Positions 1-12,381 of a stretch of DNA of 64,000 bases are shown here, piece by piece; the stretch's first letter is position 1, and each line of letters starts with the position of its first letter. Location of the stretch: the NCBI RefSeq assembly GCF_009914755.1, contig NC_060934.1; one strand, written 5' to 3'. Position numbers and translations under genes: made by a program. A model generated the notes under the pieces. That model worked only from the letters and a program-made list of their open reading frames with translations, was not told where the DNA came from and ran no database searches. Origin of the DNA: the human T2T-CHM13v2.0 reference genome, Homo sapiens.

Positions 1-228
1 ATAAATATTTACCCCAGTAAAACTTCTGGTGAAATTTTTATTAGAATTGCATCGAATATAAATTCAGCTTGTAAAATTGACATGTTAACTCTATTGAGTC
101 CTCCATCCATAAACAATTTTTCTGTTGTTCCTCATTTATGTAGTTGTTCTTTAATTTCTTTAAGCAATGGATTGTAGTTTTTGGTACATAGGTATTTCAC
201 TATTGTTGTGAAATTTTTCCTAAATATT

Positions 229-1491
229 CAAGGGGACTTCAAGAAGGTCATGGAAAAACGGAATTGAAAGTTAAAAATAAAAAATGTAAACTTTATTTCT
301 CAACATAAGCACCATCAAGGTCAAGAGACTTTTATAAGAAATGATACCAGCCACTTAGTTTATCTCTAAAGAACTGTGAATCCTGAGAATTTAACTGATG
401 ACAAGGCAACATGTTTTACACTATTAACTGAAGAAAAAATGGTGTCCTTTAAATAATTTTTAGGATTAGAAAACAAAAAGGCAGAAAGAGACAAATCAGG
501 AATGCAAGGCAGATGCCTAATGACTTTCCACTGAAACTCTTGCAAAATTGTCCTTGTTTGAGAGGAATGAGCAGGAGCATTGTTTTGGTGAAGGACTCTA
601 TGATAAAGCTTTGGCGTTCTCTAAACACTCTTATACAATAAACAGATACTATCTTTCTTTGGCCCTCCACAAAGTCAACAAGCAAAATGGCTTGAGCATC
701 CCCATAAAACTGTTGCCATGACCTTTGCTCTTGAGTGGTCTGCTTTTGCTGTAATTGGACCACTTTCACCTCCTGGTAGCCGTTGCTTTGGTTGTACTTT
801 GTCTTCACGATCATACTGGTAAAGCCATGTTCCATCTCCTGTTACAATTCCTCAAAGAAATGCTTCAGAATCTTCATCCTACTTGTTTAAAAATTCTATT
901 GAAAGCACTGCTGTTGATTGCTGTTGATCTGGATACAATGGTTTTGGCACCCATTGAGTGGAAAGTTTGCTCAACTTTAATTTCTTAGTCAGAATTGTGT
1001 AAGGTGAACCATTCGAGATGTCTATGGTGTTGGTTATTGCTCCTGCTGTGAATTGTTGGGCCTCTTCAACTAGGGCGTGAACAAGAAAAATGTTTTCCTC
1101 ACAATTTGATGTGGACCATCTGCTGCTGTGGGTTTCATCCTCAACACTGTTCTCATCCCTCCTTTAAACAAGTTATCCATTTGTAAATTGTGAGTTTATG
1201 TGGGTAACTATCCCCATAAACTTTACATAAAGCATCAGTGATCTCATTCTTCCACCCAAGCTTCATTCTAAATTTGATGTTTGTTCTTTCTTCAGTTTTC
1301 ATGGAATTCATGTTGCTCTAGTAGGGGCTCTTTTCAAACTCATCTTGTATCCTTTGTATGCCTCAAACTAGATCCTCTTCAGACGTTTTATAAAAAGTTA
1401 GTATGAATTTATTACAGTGCAAAAAAAATGGAAATCCATGCATAATGTTTTCATAATATGCATTTTTCATGAACACTTTGAAGACCCCTTG
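229..1491 (-). mobile_element. HSMAR2 mariner DNA transposon, near full length
   Basis: Terminal inverted repeats caaggggacttcaagaaggtcatggaaaa (229) and tttttcatgaacactttgaagaccccttg (ends 1491). Length ~1.26 kb. The interior matches the recalled Hsmar2 consensus. Confidence 0.95.
293..1311 (-). pseudogene. Decayed Hsmar2 mariner transposase
   Basis: ATG at 1311-1309 and TAA at 295-293. Recognisable motifs: WVPK (~941-953), IVTGDGTW (~825-850), LHQNNAP (~575-595), HLPCIPDLSLSAF (~478-520). No intact ORF spans it. Confidence 0.9.
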
Positions 1492-2336
1492 CATAACGTT
1501 TTAGTGTCTTAATAAGTGAAATTTTTTTCCAAGTGCTTGTGGCTATAATATACAAATATTATTGATGTTTGTTTACTGACCTCTTATACTGCTATCTTAA
1601 CAAATTTCCATGTTATCGTGCATATTTTAAAATTCTTATTAGGATTTTCTAAATACACCATCAACTTTTTGATCAAAATGCTTCATTCTTTCCAACTGTA
1701 TGTCTTTTATCCTTTTTCTTAGCTGTCTGAAATATCTAGGACTTCAAGTGAAATGTTAAGTAGAGATAATGAAAGTGAACATCCTTGACATGTTCCCAGT
1801 CTTAAGGGAAACACATTTAGTCTCTCACTGTAGAGAATGAGGTATTTTTATGCAGAGACTTCACCACATAAAGGAGGTGAAGTCCCCTTCTATGCCTGGT
1901 TTGCTGAGAGTTTTCGTAATGAAAGAGCATTGTCCTTCTATGAACTGAGGATCTGATTTGCTAATACTTTTATTAAGAATTTGGTGTCTTTTTTCATGAA
2001 GGATACCAGTTGTCACCTTGCCTTCTTGTAATGTCTTTGGTGTGGCATTGGAGTAATACTAGTGTCATAAAATTGGTTGGGAAGTATTCCTTCCTTCTCT
2101 GTTTTATGCAATATTTTGTGTAGAATTGGTAATTTTTTTTCTTCCTTAAGTGTTTGATGGAATTTACCAGTAAGCTATCTGTGCCTGGCCTTTTCCTTGT
2201 GGGGAGACTTTTAATTAAATACTCAATTTTATTAGTAGATACAGGGTTAATTAAATTTTTCATTTTTCCTTATACTAGTTTTGGTCATTTATGTTATTCA
2301 GAGAACTTGTATAATTCATCTGAGTAATCCCAAGTA

Positions 2337-2583
2337 CAGGTTGAGCATCCCTAATCTGAAAATCTGAAATCCAAAATGCTCTGAAATTCAAAACTTCTTG
2401 AGCACCCAACATGATGCTCAAAGAAAATGCTCATTGCAGAATTTTGGATTTCAGATTTTAAGATTAGGGATTCTGAACTAGTACATAGGAATAATGCAAA
2501 CATTGTATTCCAAAATCTTTTAGAAATCAAAAATCCCAAACCCTTCTGGTCTCAAGCATTTTAGATAAGGGATACTCAACCTT
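2337..2583. mobile_element. Tigger4-derived MITE (MER46/Tigger4a-like)
   Basis: TIRs caggttgagcatccctaatctgaaaa and gataagggatactcaacct, with TA on the left. About 245 bp. Confidence 0.85.
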
Positions 2584-2704
2584 CATGGCCATAAAATATT
2601 CATATTCTCTTATCCCCTGATTATTACAGGATCTCTAGTAGTATCTCTACCGTCATCCTTAGCATTAATAGTTTGTGTCTTCTACCCCTTTTTTTTAAAA
2701 TGAG

Positions 2705-3276
2705 TTTATTAGTTTTACACTTCTGCCATAACAAATTGCCAAAATCTTAGTGGCTTAAACTATACAAGTTTCCTCTTTTTGAGTTCTGTAGATCAGAAGT
2801 CTGATACAGATCTCACTAGACAAAAATCAAAGTGTCAGCAGGCCTGTAGTTCTTTCAGAAGACACTAGAGAAGGATCCATTTTCTTAGGGTTGTAGAACT
2901 CAGATCCCTGTTTCTTGGCTGCTTATCAGCTGAGGGTCATTCTCACCTTCTGGAAGTCACACATATCCCATGACCTGTAGACTTCCTCCTCAATCTTCAA
3001 AGGCAGGAATACTGAGTCAAATACTTCTTACACTTCAAAGTTCCCTTCTTCATTCTTCTATCTCCTACCTTTAATTCAACTGCGAAAGGTTCTCCACTTT
3101 TAAGGCCCCATGTGATGATACTGGACCCGCCCAAATACTCCAGAATAATCTCCCTATCTCAAAGTCCATGCCACTAATCACATCTGCAAACTTTCTTTTG
3201 CCATCTAGTATTGCATATTTAAAGATTTCAGGGATTAAAGCATGGACAGCTTTGGGAATCCATTCTTCTACCTTCT
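2705..3276 (-). mobile_element. MLT1 (D/E-like) MaLR solo LTR
   Basis: ttagttt...ctgccataacaaatt...cttagtggcttaaac at the left end. ctccagaataatctccctatctcaa and atcacatctgcaaa near the right end. Confidence 0.8.
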
Positions 3277-5453
3277 GTGGTAGAAACCTATATAATTAAT
3301 TTAGTACTTTTCTCTTTTTCTAATATGTACCTTTAAAGTTATAAATTTCCACCCAACCACCACTTTAGCTTTATCTCTAAATTTTATTTCATTTTAGTGT
3401 CTAATTTCTTATGAAATTGCTTTTTTTCATTGATTTTTGAGAAGAGTATTATTTAATTCCCAGATACTTAGGGCCATTCTAGATGTTTCATTATTGCTGA
3501 TTTTTAATTTAATCGCATTTATCAGAGAATATGCCCAATAATCAATATATATTTTGATTTATGTCCCAACATATGGCTTATCTTGATGAAAACTCCAGAT
3601 GTACATAAAAAGAATGAGTATTCCACAGTTATCTGATGTAGTATTCTATTTCCATTTAGGTTGGTACTGTCCTTATGATCCATTTTCCTACTGTTTGTTT
3701 TGTTTTGTTTTGTTTTGAGGGCAGATCATATCTGTCACTGAGAGTGGTATAAAATCTTTATTATTAAATATTTGTCTATTTCTCCCCCTAAGTTCTCTCA
3801 GATTTTGTTCCATGTATTTTGAAGCTCTGTTATTAGGTGTGTATACATTTATAATTGTTACATTATACTGCTGTGTTGACCATTTTTTTATTATAAAGTA
3901 TCCCTCTTTTCCTGAGTAGAATATTGTAGATTACAATATTCATTTTAAACTTAACCCAATGTACTCAGAGTTAATGCCATTAACATTCCAAAAGTATATT
4001 TCCATTTACTTTCTGGCTTTTGAGCTATATATATAATAATATTTGTCATTTGTATCTACAATATAAACACAAATAAGTTGTCTTTGCTTTAAACAATCAT
4101 TTCTCTTTTAAAGAATTTAAGAGAAAAAAATATGTTGATATAGCCTGTATATAAAAGATGTTTATGTACATCTTTTTCATTACTTGGAATGCTATCCTCC
4201 TGGTAATAAATTTTCTCACTTTATATTTATCTAAATATGTTTTGATTTCATCTTCCTTTTTTGGATAGCTTCACTAAGCATAGAATTAATTATTGACCAA
4301 TTGTTTAAATGTGTAGCCATTTGCTTTGTCATTCCAATATTATCCAGGCTCCATAATTTCTTAGGAGAGTTAGTAGTCAATCAAAGCCTTCTTCTCCTGT
4401 AATTAATGTGTGTGTTTTCTCTAGCTGAATTCAAGATTTTTTTTTCTTTGGCTTTCAGCAGTTTAATTACAAGGTGCTTACGAATAGTTTTCTTTGTTTT
4501 AGTTCTGTTTGACATTCATTAAGTTTTCTGAATCTGAATTAAATGTTCTATGCCAAATTTGGGGGAAATTCTGTAACTATTTTTTTCAAAATATTTTCAT
4601 GCTTGTTTCTTGGGAATTGCAGTTGCATATTGGATAGCCTGAGTGATACTCTTCCACAAGCCTCTCAGGCTCTGTTATTTTTCTATCAATGTGTATCCTC
4701 TTTATTCTTCAAATTGGGTAATTTGTATTGATTTATCTTCAAGTTTACTCATACTTTACTCTGCCATCTCCAATCTGCTGAGTTTCTCTGGTAAATTATT
4801 AAAATTTATCAAATTTTTTAGTTCTCAAATTTATAATTTTTCTATAAATTTAATTCTCTGGAGGTTCTCTTTCTACTGATTACATATTACTTTTTAAAAT
4901 TATTTGAACATACTTAAAATTGCTGCTGTTAAGGTTTTGTCTGCTAAATCCAACATCTGTGACCATTGTGAGTCAGTTTCTATTTATTGTTTCCTCCTGT
5001 TTATGGCCCATACTTTCCTGTTTCTCTGCATGTCTAGTAATTTTGAGCTGTAAACTAGACATTGAAGGTAATCCATTGTCATGACAATGAATTCTGTAAT
5101 CGTCTGAGAATTCTTGCTCTGTTATTACAGTATTTAATTAATTTGCCTGGACATTAATGCAATGTTTGTCTTCTCGTTGGTGTGCAGCTACTAATATATC
5201 TGTTCTGTTCATATAGCTCACAAATGCTGCTTTTATTAGTCTGGCCTCCTGGAGGTTTCCCCTAGGCCCATGTAATTTGGCAACTTAGAATTTAGGCAAA
5301 GAGTTTACTCCTATTTTGGGGTTCTCCCTTTCTATGGGTTCTTCTATGAATTTTCTTCTATATCCAGATGCTATGGACATATTTGCAGGATCTCATTTCT
5401 GACACTGCGAACTCCTGAAGCTTCAGCTTTGTGCTGCCTGATGTTATGAGTAC

Positions 5454-5904
5454 TGTTGTGGATTGAATTGTGCCTCCCCTCAAAAAATACGTTGAAGTCA
5501 TAATTTACATTGTCTAACAATGTGAGCTTATTTGAAAATAAGGTCATTGCTGATGCAGTTAGTTAAGATGAAATCATACAGGAGTAAGCTGGGCCCCTAA
5601 TCCAATCAGACTGGTGTTTTAAAGATGATAGCCATGTGAAGACAGAGACAGGGAGATGCATTGTGAAAGTGAAGGCAGAGACCAGAGTTACATGCCACTG
5701 CAAGCCAAGGAAAGACAAAGATTTCCAGGAAACCACCAATATCTAGGAAAAGGTAAGAGTTTCTTTACAGGCTTCAGAAAGAATGTGCCCTGCTAACCTG
5801 CTTATTTTGAACTTCTGGCCTGTAGAACTGCGATGTGATATATTTGTTGTTTTAAGCCACCCAATTTGTGGTACTTTTTTCAACAGCCCTAGGAAACTAA
5901 TACA
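5454..5904 (+). mobile_element. MLT1 (B/C-like) MaLR solo LTR
   Basis: TG...CA ends (tgttgtggattgaattgtg ... aggaaactaataca). Perfect 5-bp TSD AGTAC at 5449-5453 and 5905-5909. Confidence 0.92.
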
Positions 5905-6572
5905 AGTACTATTGTTACATATACCCTTAGCAAGTTTTTTGTAAAGACAGTCACGCCTTTTAAATAGTCTGGGATTTAAGAATGTAAAATTAAATCCTGA
6001 TGAGAATGATACATGCTTAATGTGTTCTGGGGATGTTTGGTTGTTCTTGCTATTTTCGTTGAGTCATTTGTTTCATGTAATGGTTATGCCTATGGTTAAC
6101 CATTATATTTACTATGCAGATCAAAGGAAATAATTATTCAGTCATTGAAAGAAAAAGTGAGGCTTAATTGTACTAAATTATTGGTCCAGAGTCACACACT
6201 AAGCTCTTGGAAGAACTGGGAAAAAGAGAATCATGTCATTTTCCACTTCTAGTTTGTCCTCTAAACTATATCTGAGCTATTGACTATTAAATATCTGATA
6301 TTTAACACTGATTCTTAACAGTGAAAAAGTTCAACATCTAAATGGGAAGGGTTTGAATTCAGACAAACCCGGGATTATATTTCAGAAACAAACTACTACT
6401 TGTGTCCTCTTCTTATTTTTATAACAGTGCTATTTCCTATAGGTGGTCAAGGAAGCCCTCCCTCAGAAAGGTAACAATTAAATTCTAGAGTAATGTGAGG
6501 AAAGAAGTCCTTGGATATTCAGGGAAATAGTATCCAAGGGCAAAAGGAAACAACATATAAAATAGTACCATA

Positions 6573-6710
6573 GGCCAGGAGCAGTGGCTCATGCTTGTAA
6601 TCCCAGTTCTTAAGGAGGCAGAGGCAGGATGACAGCTTGAGCCCAGGAGTTCAAGACCTGACTGGGCAATATAGTGAGATCCCATTCTCCACAAAAAGGG
6701 GGAAAAAAGA
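6573..6710 (+). mobile_element. FLAM (free left Alu monomer)
   Basis: Single Alu monomer with an A-rich tail. TSD aaaata(g/a)taccata on both sides. Confidence 0.88.
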
Positions 6711-6813
6711 CAAAATAATACCATAACAAAAACAAGCTTAACAGAGTAAGTTGGCATGGTGGGAGCAGAGTAACAATGTGAATGGTAGAAAAAGAGAAGT
6801 CACCCAATCTGAG

Positions 6814-7084
6814 CAGAAGTTGACAAACTGTAGAAAGCCAAAAAGTTAAACATAGTAGGCTTTGCAGACCATAATGTCTATGGATCAACAATTCTGTGTT
6901 TTAGTGTGAATGAAAGCAGCAATACACAATCTATAAATGAGTAAATGTGACAGTTTTGCAATAAAACTTATTTATGCACACTGAAATTTGAATTCAATAT
7001 AATTTTTGTGTGACAACCATGTAAAATTGGAAAAATGATTCCTAACCTGCAGGCCATACAGAAAAGGTCATTAGTCACCCCCTG
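6814..7084. mobile_element. MER58 (B-like) hAT-Charlie MITE
   Basis: cagaagttgacaaact...taggctttgcagaccata, gcaataaaacttatttat, and the end gtcacccctg. Confidence 0.75.
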
Positions 7085-10057
7085 CTGTGGGGGTTATTAG
7101 TACAAAGGATAAAATTCTCTGCAGGAGAGGAAGTCACCAGTAAGGGTTTGAACTGAAGACTTTTTGTTTTTAAAGGATTGCTGTGACTGTTCTACGGAAA
7201 GTAGACTGTACTCTCTCTACATGTGGCAGCAAGGGGAACAGTCAGGTGAGTCTTATCAGATGTGATGAGGTCAGGACTAAGACATTAGTTGTGGAAATAA
7301 TGGGAAGCGGACAGACTTAGGGCATACTTTAGTAGTAGATCTGAAGGGTTCACTGGTGAATTAGGAATGATGTTCTTAACACAGAGGTCAATAGGATAAT
7401 GCTTTCTTTGGAAAAGATGGAGAGCAGGTAGACTGAGAAGATGCCAAGTTCAGAATGTCCAAAGGAGTATTCCAAGGAACATTTCAGGAATTGTTTTTCT
7501 TGGAAAAGATTCGTATAAGCCATATGTGGAACAATTCCCTACTTTTATATTTCTAGAGCACTTTTTTTGTGTACACATTTGATGATGTCCAGGTACATTA
7601 CCCTGTACGTCTCTGATTCTGGGAGGGCAGTTATTACATCCTCGCTCAAAATGAAGCAGATAGATGGAAAGAGATGACAGAATTTTCTCAGTAGCATTTC
7701 AGTGGGTTCCTGATGGTCTAGTCTTACATCCCATGTCCCCTGAAACTTTGACCCAGGACCCTTTCTAACACACCAATCTGCCCATGTCTCACTCATATGG
7801 AAGGAGATATGTAAAACTGGTGAAGGTACTGACTTACCAACATCGCAATTATTGGCAGAATTGTTTGAGCTCCTGTGCTTGGCCACTCAAAAAAAAAAAA
7901 AAGTAATTTTCTACTTCCAGATCAAGTTTTCAGGGTAGCATCATTATTTGGGAAGACAGGGATATTCAATTACATAATTTGAGGGCCTCTTTCTGGAACA
8001 CAAATATAATCAATCCATCAGTAGAAGGATGAAGAACATGTCATGCAGTAATTAAAATATTTTCCCCCAATTGTGCTCAATATACGTTGTTCTCATAGGT
8101 AATTTGAGGCTAAGAAGTGCTTCTAGTTACTTGTTAACACTTTGCTCAGGCCTTCTCTGTATTTTTTTATGCATAAAAGACTTAACTTTTAAATAATGAA
8201 TGCTTAAACTCTCAATTGTGAGCAATTAAGATCATGGAGTGCATTTTTCTTTGAGTGGGCAGACATTTTCTTCCTTTTATTATTTTCTGTACTCCACTTT
8301 TAAGCTGTTTAGCTCTTTCTTTTGTAATGGTTGTTGACAATACCTTTTCATTTTGTATACCATCACTTCTGAGTCACTTGGGCACCTGGTTCTGCTAAAG
8401 TTAACTGGAGACTGCTGCTTTCCACCACAGAGACTGCTGGGTTTTTGTTCTCTTGAATACACATTCCAAGGCAAAGAGTTGGTTAGCATGGCTTAGTTAG
8501 GAGTAATTGACAGATATTCTGGTAAATTTCCTCAAACTCAAGAACATTCTGGGCAAATACCATATAATTTCAACGTGTTTCAGTGTAATGCCATTTGTGT
8601 TTACAAGGAAAGATTATTTATCATTTTATATCTCTACTTTCTGATTTAACTTTAGTCATACAGCTCTGCCCCTCTGTGTCATCCCAAGTAGGTTCAGTCA
8701 CACGGTGTGAATTATTCAACATTATGTTTACTATCAAGAAGGTATTTGAGAGCTAAGTTTGATGCAGAGGCAAAGGGCTACTTGAATTTCAAGGCTGTCT
8801 TTTATTACCAAGCTGAGAATGGTAACAGTATTATGATGTCTATTCACATCTGCTGGGACAAGGGATTTGATCCAAAAATCAGGAAGGGAGGTATCAAAGA
8901 AATGCCATCTGGCTGGGACCCTAACATCTGTATTTGGATGGTAGCTATGCCCTTTTCCTACTCTCCAATATCTTTAACCCAAAGATTTTTATGGAAAGTT
9001 AAACTCTGCACTAAATATACTTGTTGGCATGCAAGTTTTAAAAAAGAAAAGCATCAAATGCCCTAACAGATATCCAACTTCTTGGTGGGAAAATATAAAT
9101 TTATTTCTTATGGCATTTTCTGAATATAAGATATTTTTAAAATGAGAACCTTTGCATATTCTTCAATCATACCTTTTTTTATTTTTCAAAACTATGATTT
9201 TTCTATATTCCTTGTGTTCTTTCTCACAGAGTTAGCAAACTATCAGTGTTGGCCCCATTCTGGCCTTTAATGTTTAGCTTCAAGGAACTTAACTGTTCTT
9301 CATTTTGTGAATGGTTCATTTGGTGACTAATACTGTTTTAAAAAGTGATCCTTTGGTAACTCAGGTATTATAAGGACCGACAATGTAATTGAAATTATTC
9401 TTATGTAAAAAAAATTCCAGAAATGTAGGTAACTTAAAGATATTATTTCTTTATTTCTATCACAGCCAACTCAGATATCTGTACAAATGCAGAAGGAGAC
9501 AGATAATTCAAACTAGTTAACCTACACATCATTTCTGTTGTTCTTCAAAATGGACAAATATATCATCAATCAAACCATGAGGCTGAGAAATGTGACCAGT
9601 CCACATTCTTAGCCTGGCTTCTGATTAGAAGTTTCAGCTACATTTCTGCAGCTCATTCCATAAGATGGGGTTGGGGAGAGGCATACATTTATCATATTTT
9701 TAAATTAAGGTTATTAGAAAGAATGGAGAACTGAGAATACAATTCTGCCCACTCCAATACTGGCGCTGCCTTTGATTCAGAGAGTTTTTGCATGACAGCA
9801 AAAATACAATGGGTGGGCCTAGAAGTGTTTCATCTCTCTGGTTTGCCCAAGTCATAGTCACAGCTAAGTAGGTAGAGAAAATAGAAACATCTGGTGGGCA
9901 TTCAGTCATCCAGAATTTTGAAGCTAACCCCCTCTTAATTATAAACCTCATCAATCACATTTGCATCCTCACCCTGTCTTAGCTTTTTGACTGAGCAGTT
10001 TTCTAGGCCGAGTGCTGTTATGACCTAATGCCCCTAAAAAGTAAATAGGATTAAGAG

Positions 10058-10240
10058 CTCGACAGACTGTTTTTATATGACCCTTGAGCTAAGAATGATT
10101 TCACATTTTTAAGAGGGAAGAAAGGAAGGAAGGGAGGAAAATAGAGAAAGATGAGATAAAAACTATATGTGGCCTGCAACACCAAAAAAAAAAAAAAAGG
10201 TCATCATCTGGCCCTTTATAAGAAGAATTGGCCAATTCAT
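10058..10240. mobile_element. MER58-family hAT MITE lacking its first ~40 bp
   Basis: ctgtttttatatgacccttgagctaagaatgatttcacattttt ... tatgtggcctgcaa ... atctggcccttta. Confidence 0.7.
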
Positions 10241-11582
10241 AAATGACATAGAAACTGGTGTTTAAAACAATGTAGCATAGGAATCTTTTCATTCCTGATG
10301 TTCCCCAAGGAAAATGGATCCCTCATATAATGGGGCAGTTTATTATTTCTGTCCTCAGAATATCTGTAATACAATTTAATGCTCTAGATATGAGATTATC
10401 CCTGAGGTTGTTTTGAATCTCACTTCTTACTGTTGAGTCATTGACAAGCATCAGTTAAAAACGTGGCCAGACACCGGATTCTATATAAACAGTTTTCTTA
10501 CATACCCTTCCAGGAAAAAAGTTAGCCATCAGATTTGCTATCTTTTGTCTGAGAAAAATTAGGTTATGTGGCACAAAAATTGACTGTCAGCAGCTAAGCC
10601 AAGACTTGAATGGGAAAAACCATAGACTCCAATGCTATTTAGTTCTCAATTACATTAAGAGTTTCCACCCACTGAAGGCTGGAATCTGGCCAATGAAAAG
10701 CTTTATTTATTTGCTGAAGCTCACAACCCCAGTTAGGTATTTTTATCATTAAGTATATTACACATTTTGGATATTTGATTTGTGCCGATTGATATTCAAA
10801 CAAACATGTACCAGAAAATTCCTGTTTCCAAAGGAAGAAGCTAATGTACACGTTCCTCTTGATAGCATCTGATGCAGTTACAGCATTATTACATTTAATT
10901 TTGTTTTGGAGAAAAAAAAATCAGTAATACACGATAAAACTCTCTCTAAATGTGCCTAAATCTAAAAATACAGTTATATAGTCATTAGAGGAAAATGATG
11001 TTTTGGTTGTATTTGGACTCACCATGTATTTGGACTCACTTATAGTATATGAGATCGCCCTAAATAAATTATTAAATCAGAATGACAGATGAAGCTACCC
11101 ATGCAGGGATCGTGATGGTAAGAAGTCAGAAATTCATGACACACTTGAATGGGTCTTTATTTGGCCCCAGACATTTTTGGAAGCAGACCTCCATCATTTC
11201 TGTCTGGGACAGTTTCAGTTTTAAAAGCATTCACAGCAAAGTGTAAATCACTGGAAGCAACAGAATATTTTTTCTGGTTTATGAGCAATAATAAGGTAAA
11301 AGCACAAAGAGTAGGTTAAATTAATTGGTTTGGTTTGGTATGGCTTGGTAAAATTGGAAAGACTTCTAAATCTTTGATTTGTTCATGCTTCAATGTGCCC
11401 ATCCCCACTCTTCTCCTGGCATTATCTGACTGACAGGTCGCTTGTCTGCTCTGATTTTTTTACGTTGCTTCCTTTTTCTTCAAGCAAGGACTGCCTCTTA
11501 GAATCTGAGATAGATGGAGAATAAAGAAGTATTCTCTTTCTCCATCTTCTCATCTTTATTAGAGATGGTTCATCTAAACTAA

Positions 11583-11880
11583 TTTTTTTTGTTGTTTTTT
11601 GAGATGGAGTCTTGCTCTGTCACCCAGGCTGGAGTGCAGTGGCACAATCTCAGGTCACTGCAACCTCTGACTCTCAGATTCAAGTGATTCTCCTGCCTCA
11701 GCCTCCTGAGTAACTGGGACTACAGCCATACACCACCATGCCCGGATAATTTTTGTATTTTTAGTAGAGACAGGGTTTCACCATGTTGGCCAGGATGGTC
11801 TCGACCTCCTGACCTCGTGATCCACCTACCTCGACCTCCCAAAGTGCTGGGATTACAGGCGTGAGCCACCGCACCTGGCC
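11583..11880 (-). mobile_element. Alu (AluS, Sc-like)
   Basis: Full dimer. TSD catcta(a/g)actaatttt. Confidence 0.95.
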
Positions 11881-11913
11881 CATCTAGACTAATTTTCAAA
11901 CTACACGGAAGTT

Positions 11914-11966
11914 ATGATGGAAACGAGATAAGTATCGTGATGGTAAGGAGATAAGTATCATGATGG
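11914..11966. repeat. 23-bp tandem repeat, ~2.3 copies
   Basis: atgatggaaacgagataagtatc / gtgatggtaaggagataagtatc / atgatgg. Confidence 0.85.
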
Positions 11967-12044
11967 TTTCATCACCTTTTCTATAATTCTCACCAATGAA
12001 ATCAGGCAAAGAGCTCTGTTTTTTCTAAGGTAGGGTCTGATTGA

Positions 12045-12270
12045 AAGCTGTGATTAAGAATACGAGCTCTGGAACCACACAGACCTCAGTTTAGGTCCTT
12101 GATCTACCAGGGGACTTTGGACACGTCATTTAATATTTTAAAACTCAAGTTTACACACTTGGAAAGTGAAAATATTAATATCTTCCTCAAACATTCGTTA
12201 TGTGGAATAAATTGCATAACGTTTGCAATCCTGAAATGTCATGGTTTCTTAATAAATGGGAATTACTATT
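12045..12270 (+). mobile_element. MIR
   Basis: gtgattaagaatacgagctctggaacc ... ttcctcaaacattcgttatgtggaataaatt; degenerate MIR core. Confidence 0.65.
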
Positions 12271-12381
12271 ACGATTAGTCACCATTTAACCCTTTTTACC
12301 TTTTTCTGTGCAAAGAAAACGTAACTGTGCATTCATTGTCTTAACCAAGCATCATCAAGCCTGACCTGGCGATTTAGCCTG

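Larger units (their letters stand above)
1..5400 (-). mobile_element. Old L1 (L1M-class) fragments, interrupted by HSMAR2, Tigger4 and MLT1
   Basis: T-rich L1-antisense sequence with ORF2-like motifs (e.g. gaaagtgaacatccttgacatgttcccagtcttaagggaaa near 1770). ORF 1994..2263 translates to L1 ORF2-like 'KSLPTRKRPGTD'. Boundaries approximate. Confidence 0.8.
6430..7460 (-). mobile_element. L2 fragments, interrupted by FLAM and MER58
   Basis: Degenerate L2-type purine-rich motifs (ggtggtcaaggaagccctc; tttttaaaggattgctgtgactgttct). Confidence 0.55.

Noticed and set aside
449-835. 128-aa ORF as a functional transposase
   Set aside because: It drifts between frames of the decayed HSMAR2 transposase. 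Only a short stretch is in the true frame and catalytic residues are lost.
229-1491. Identification of the locus as CMT1A-REP because of HSMAR2
   Set aside because: HSMAR2 has many genomic copies, and I recognise no COX10 exon or other locus marker here.
6573-6710. 7SL RNA gene
   Set aside because: There is no S domain. It is a monomeric Alu with an A-rich tail and TSD, i.e. a FLAM.
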